Of a stretch of DNA of 64,000 nucleotides, positions 63,049 through 64,000 are shown piece by piece. Source of the stretch: Entomortierella parvispora E1425. Lineage: Eukaryota; Fungi; Mortierellomycota. The stretch's first letter is position 1. The number at the start of each line of letters is the position of its first letter. The notes beneath the pieces were generated by a model, which was not told the origin of the DNA, ran no database searches, and was given only the letters and a program-made list of their open reading frames with translations. The stretch lies in assembly GCA_020891255.1 (NCBI GenBank), contig BQFW01000005.1:744001-808000 (forward strand). The letters run 5' to 3'. Both the position numbers and the translations under genes were made by a program.

Positions 63049-64000
63049 CGGTCAATGTCTTTCCAGACAGGATTTTAGAAAACAACAAACTGTTTTCATA
63101 CTGTTCCTTGGCACGCTATCAGGGAAGACCGGACATGGTAAAAATTGTAGTGGAGATCAGCAAAAGCGTAGCCATACATCATGGATGTGTATGAGTCTTA
63201 CTGAGTGGCGCTGTTCATAGCTTTGAAAAGCGGCAGTGATGCTCTGCTGCGAGTTGTCTTTGAGATCATAGAGACAATTGGCCAGGATGGTTGCATCTTG
63301 CAAGGCATTTATCGCGCCTGCGTGGACATTGAGATGTGAAGAGGAATAGCAAACGATGGTTAGCTTAAAGGTCAAAACCATAATGACGGATCCGCAGATG
63401 AAGAGGGTGTGATCACCTTGACCAGCGGAAGGCAGCATCTGTAGGATGGCGAGGAAGAGTTAATCATACGTGTTGCAGCTGTGGCAGACTTGCGGAGGTC
63501 AGTGTTGTGAATGCAATTACCTTGTGACAGGCTGTCAGGTACACAACATCGTTTACGTTGCAGTGCGAAGGATAGAGGGATAGTTGGTGGCCATGACGAA
63601 CAGAGATGTTAGCGCTTGCTCAAAGCAACAGGTCGAGGGTGAACAGCTCAAAGGCACGTACCATCTCCAATGAGCACAGAACGTTTGTGGAACCAAGTTC
63701 TGAAAAATTTGTGCTCGAGATGAACCTTCGAGATCAGATCTTCAGGAGTGGCATCGATAATAGCAGAGAGAGTACCGCCATAGGGGCAAGGCTTGTCTCG
63801 AAACTCGTCAATCATGGCAGCATTCGCTTCAGGACCCCACTCTGAATTGACAAACCTGTGCTTCTTGGCCTCCTCCATACTCGGGAACTGCGCCATGAAT
63901 GCCCACGCAATTTTGTTTCCCGGGGTGCAGAACAAAATCCACTAAGCTCGAGCAAAGGTTCGTTAGATTTTTTTTGAAGGACTCAACGGCCTTGTATCAA
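62846..64000 (-). CDS. Group A FAD-dependent monooxygenase, paralogue G (3' half; 5' end beyond window)
   Basis: WILFCTPGNKIAW...FVNSEWGPEAN...GD-ACHK-MLPSAGQ-GAINALQDATILANCLYDL...YRPQATFLP; intact within the window. Confidence 0.88.

Noticed and set aside
1-64000. tRNA, rRNA or CRISPR features
   Set aside because: No T-arm GTTCRA within a cloverleaf context, rRNA-like sequence or regularly spaced repeats noticed; a manual scan cannot fully exclude a tRNA.

Overview
Intron-rich fungal genomic DNA. The gene families and intron style point to Mortierellaceae (Mortierellomycota), which is an inference. A housekeeping backbone runs across the window: SPT6 (partial), ALG2, a hotdog-fold thioesterase, a chitin synthase, an ABCC/MRP transporter, NOT4, NOP56, TOP3 and a very large polyQ-TPR-GT41 O-GlcNAc-transferase-like gene. 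Two accessory regions built on one expanded family of group-A FAD-dependent monooxygenases interrupt it. (1) 10.5-21.1 kb: two near-identical ~2.6-kb arms in inverted orientation each carry a monooxygenase. Between them lies a 5.3-kb spacer with a secreted 8-Cys protein, a degenerate gene with two HNH/His-Me-like motifs, a broken monooxygenase 3' end and an atypical LSM5. (2) 49.8-64 kb: four tandem monooxygenases, a second copy of the HNH-like gene and a fifth, convergent monooxygenase. A ~1.4-kb segment is shared between 15.4-16.8 kb and 61.7-63.0 kb. The monooxygenase paralogues show marked intron turnover, including 11-22-nt micro-exons in the FAD-binding GD motif and an apparent 1-nt intron shift. 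I saw no tRNA, rRNA, CRISPR array or recognisable transposase. All exon models and alignments were made by eye; no database search was run.
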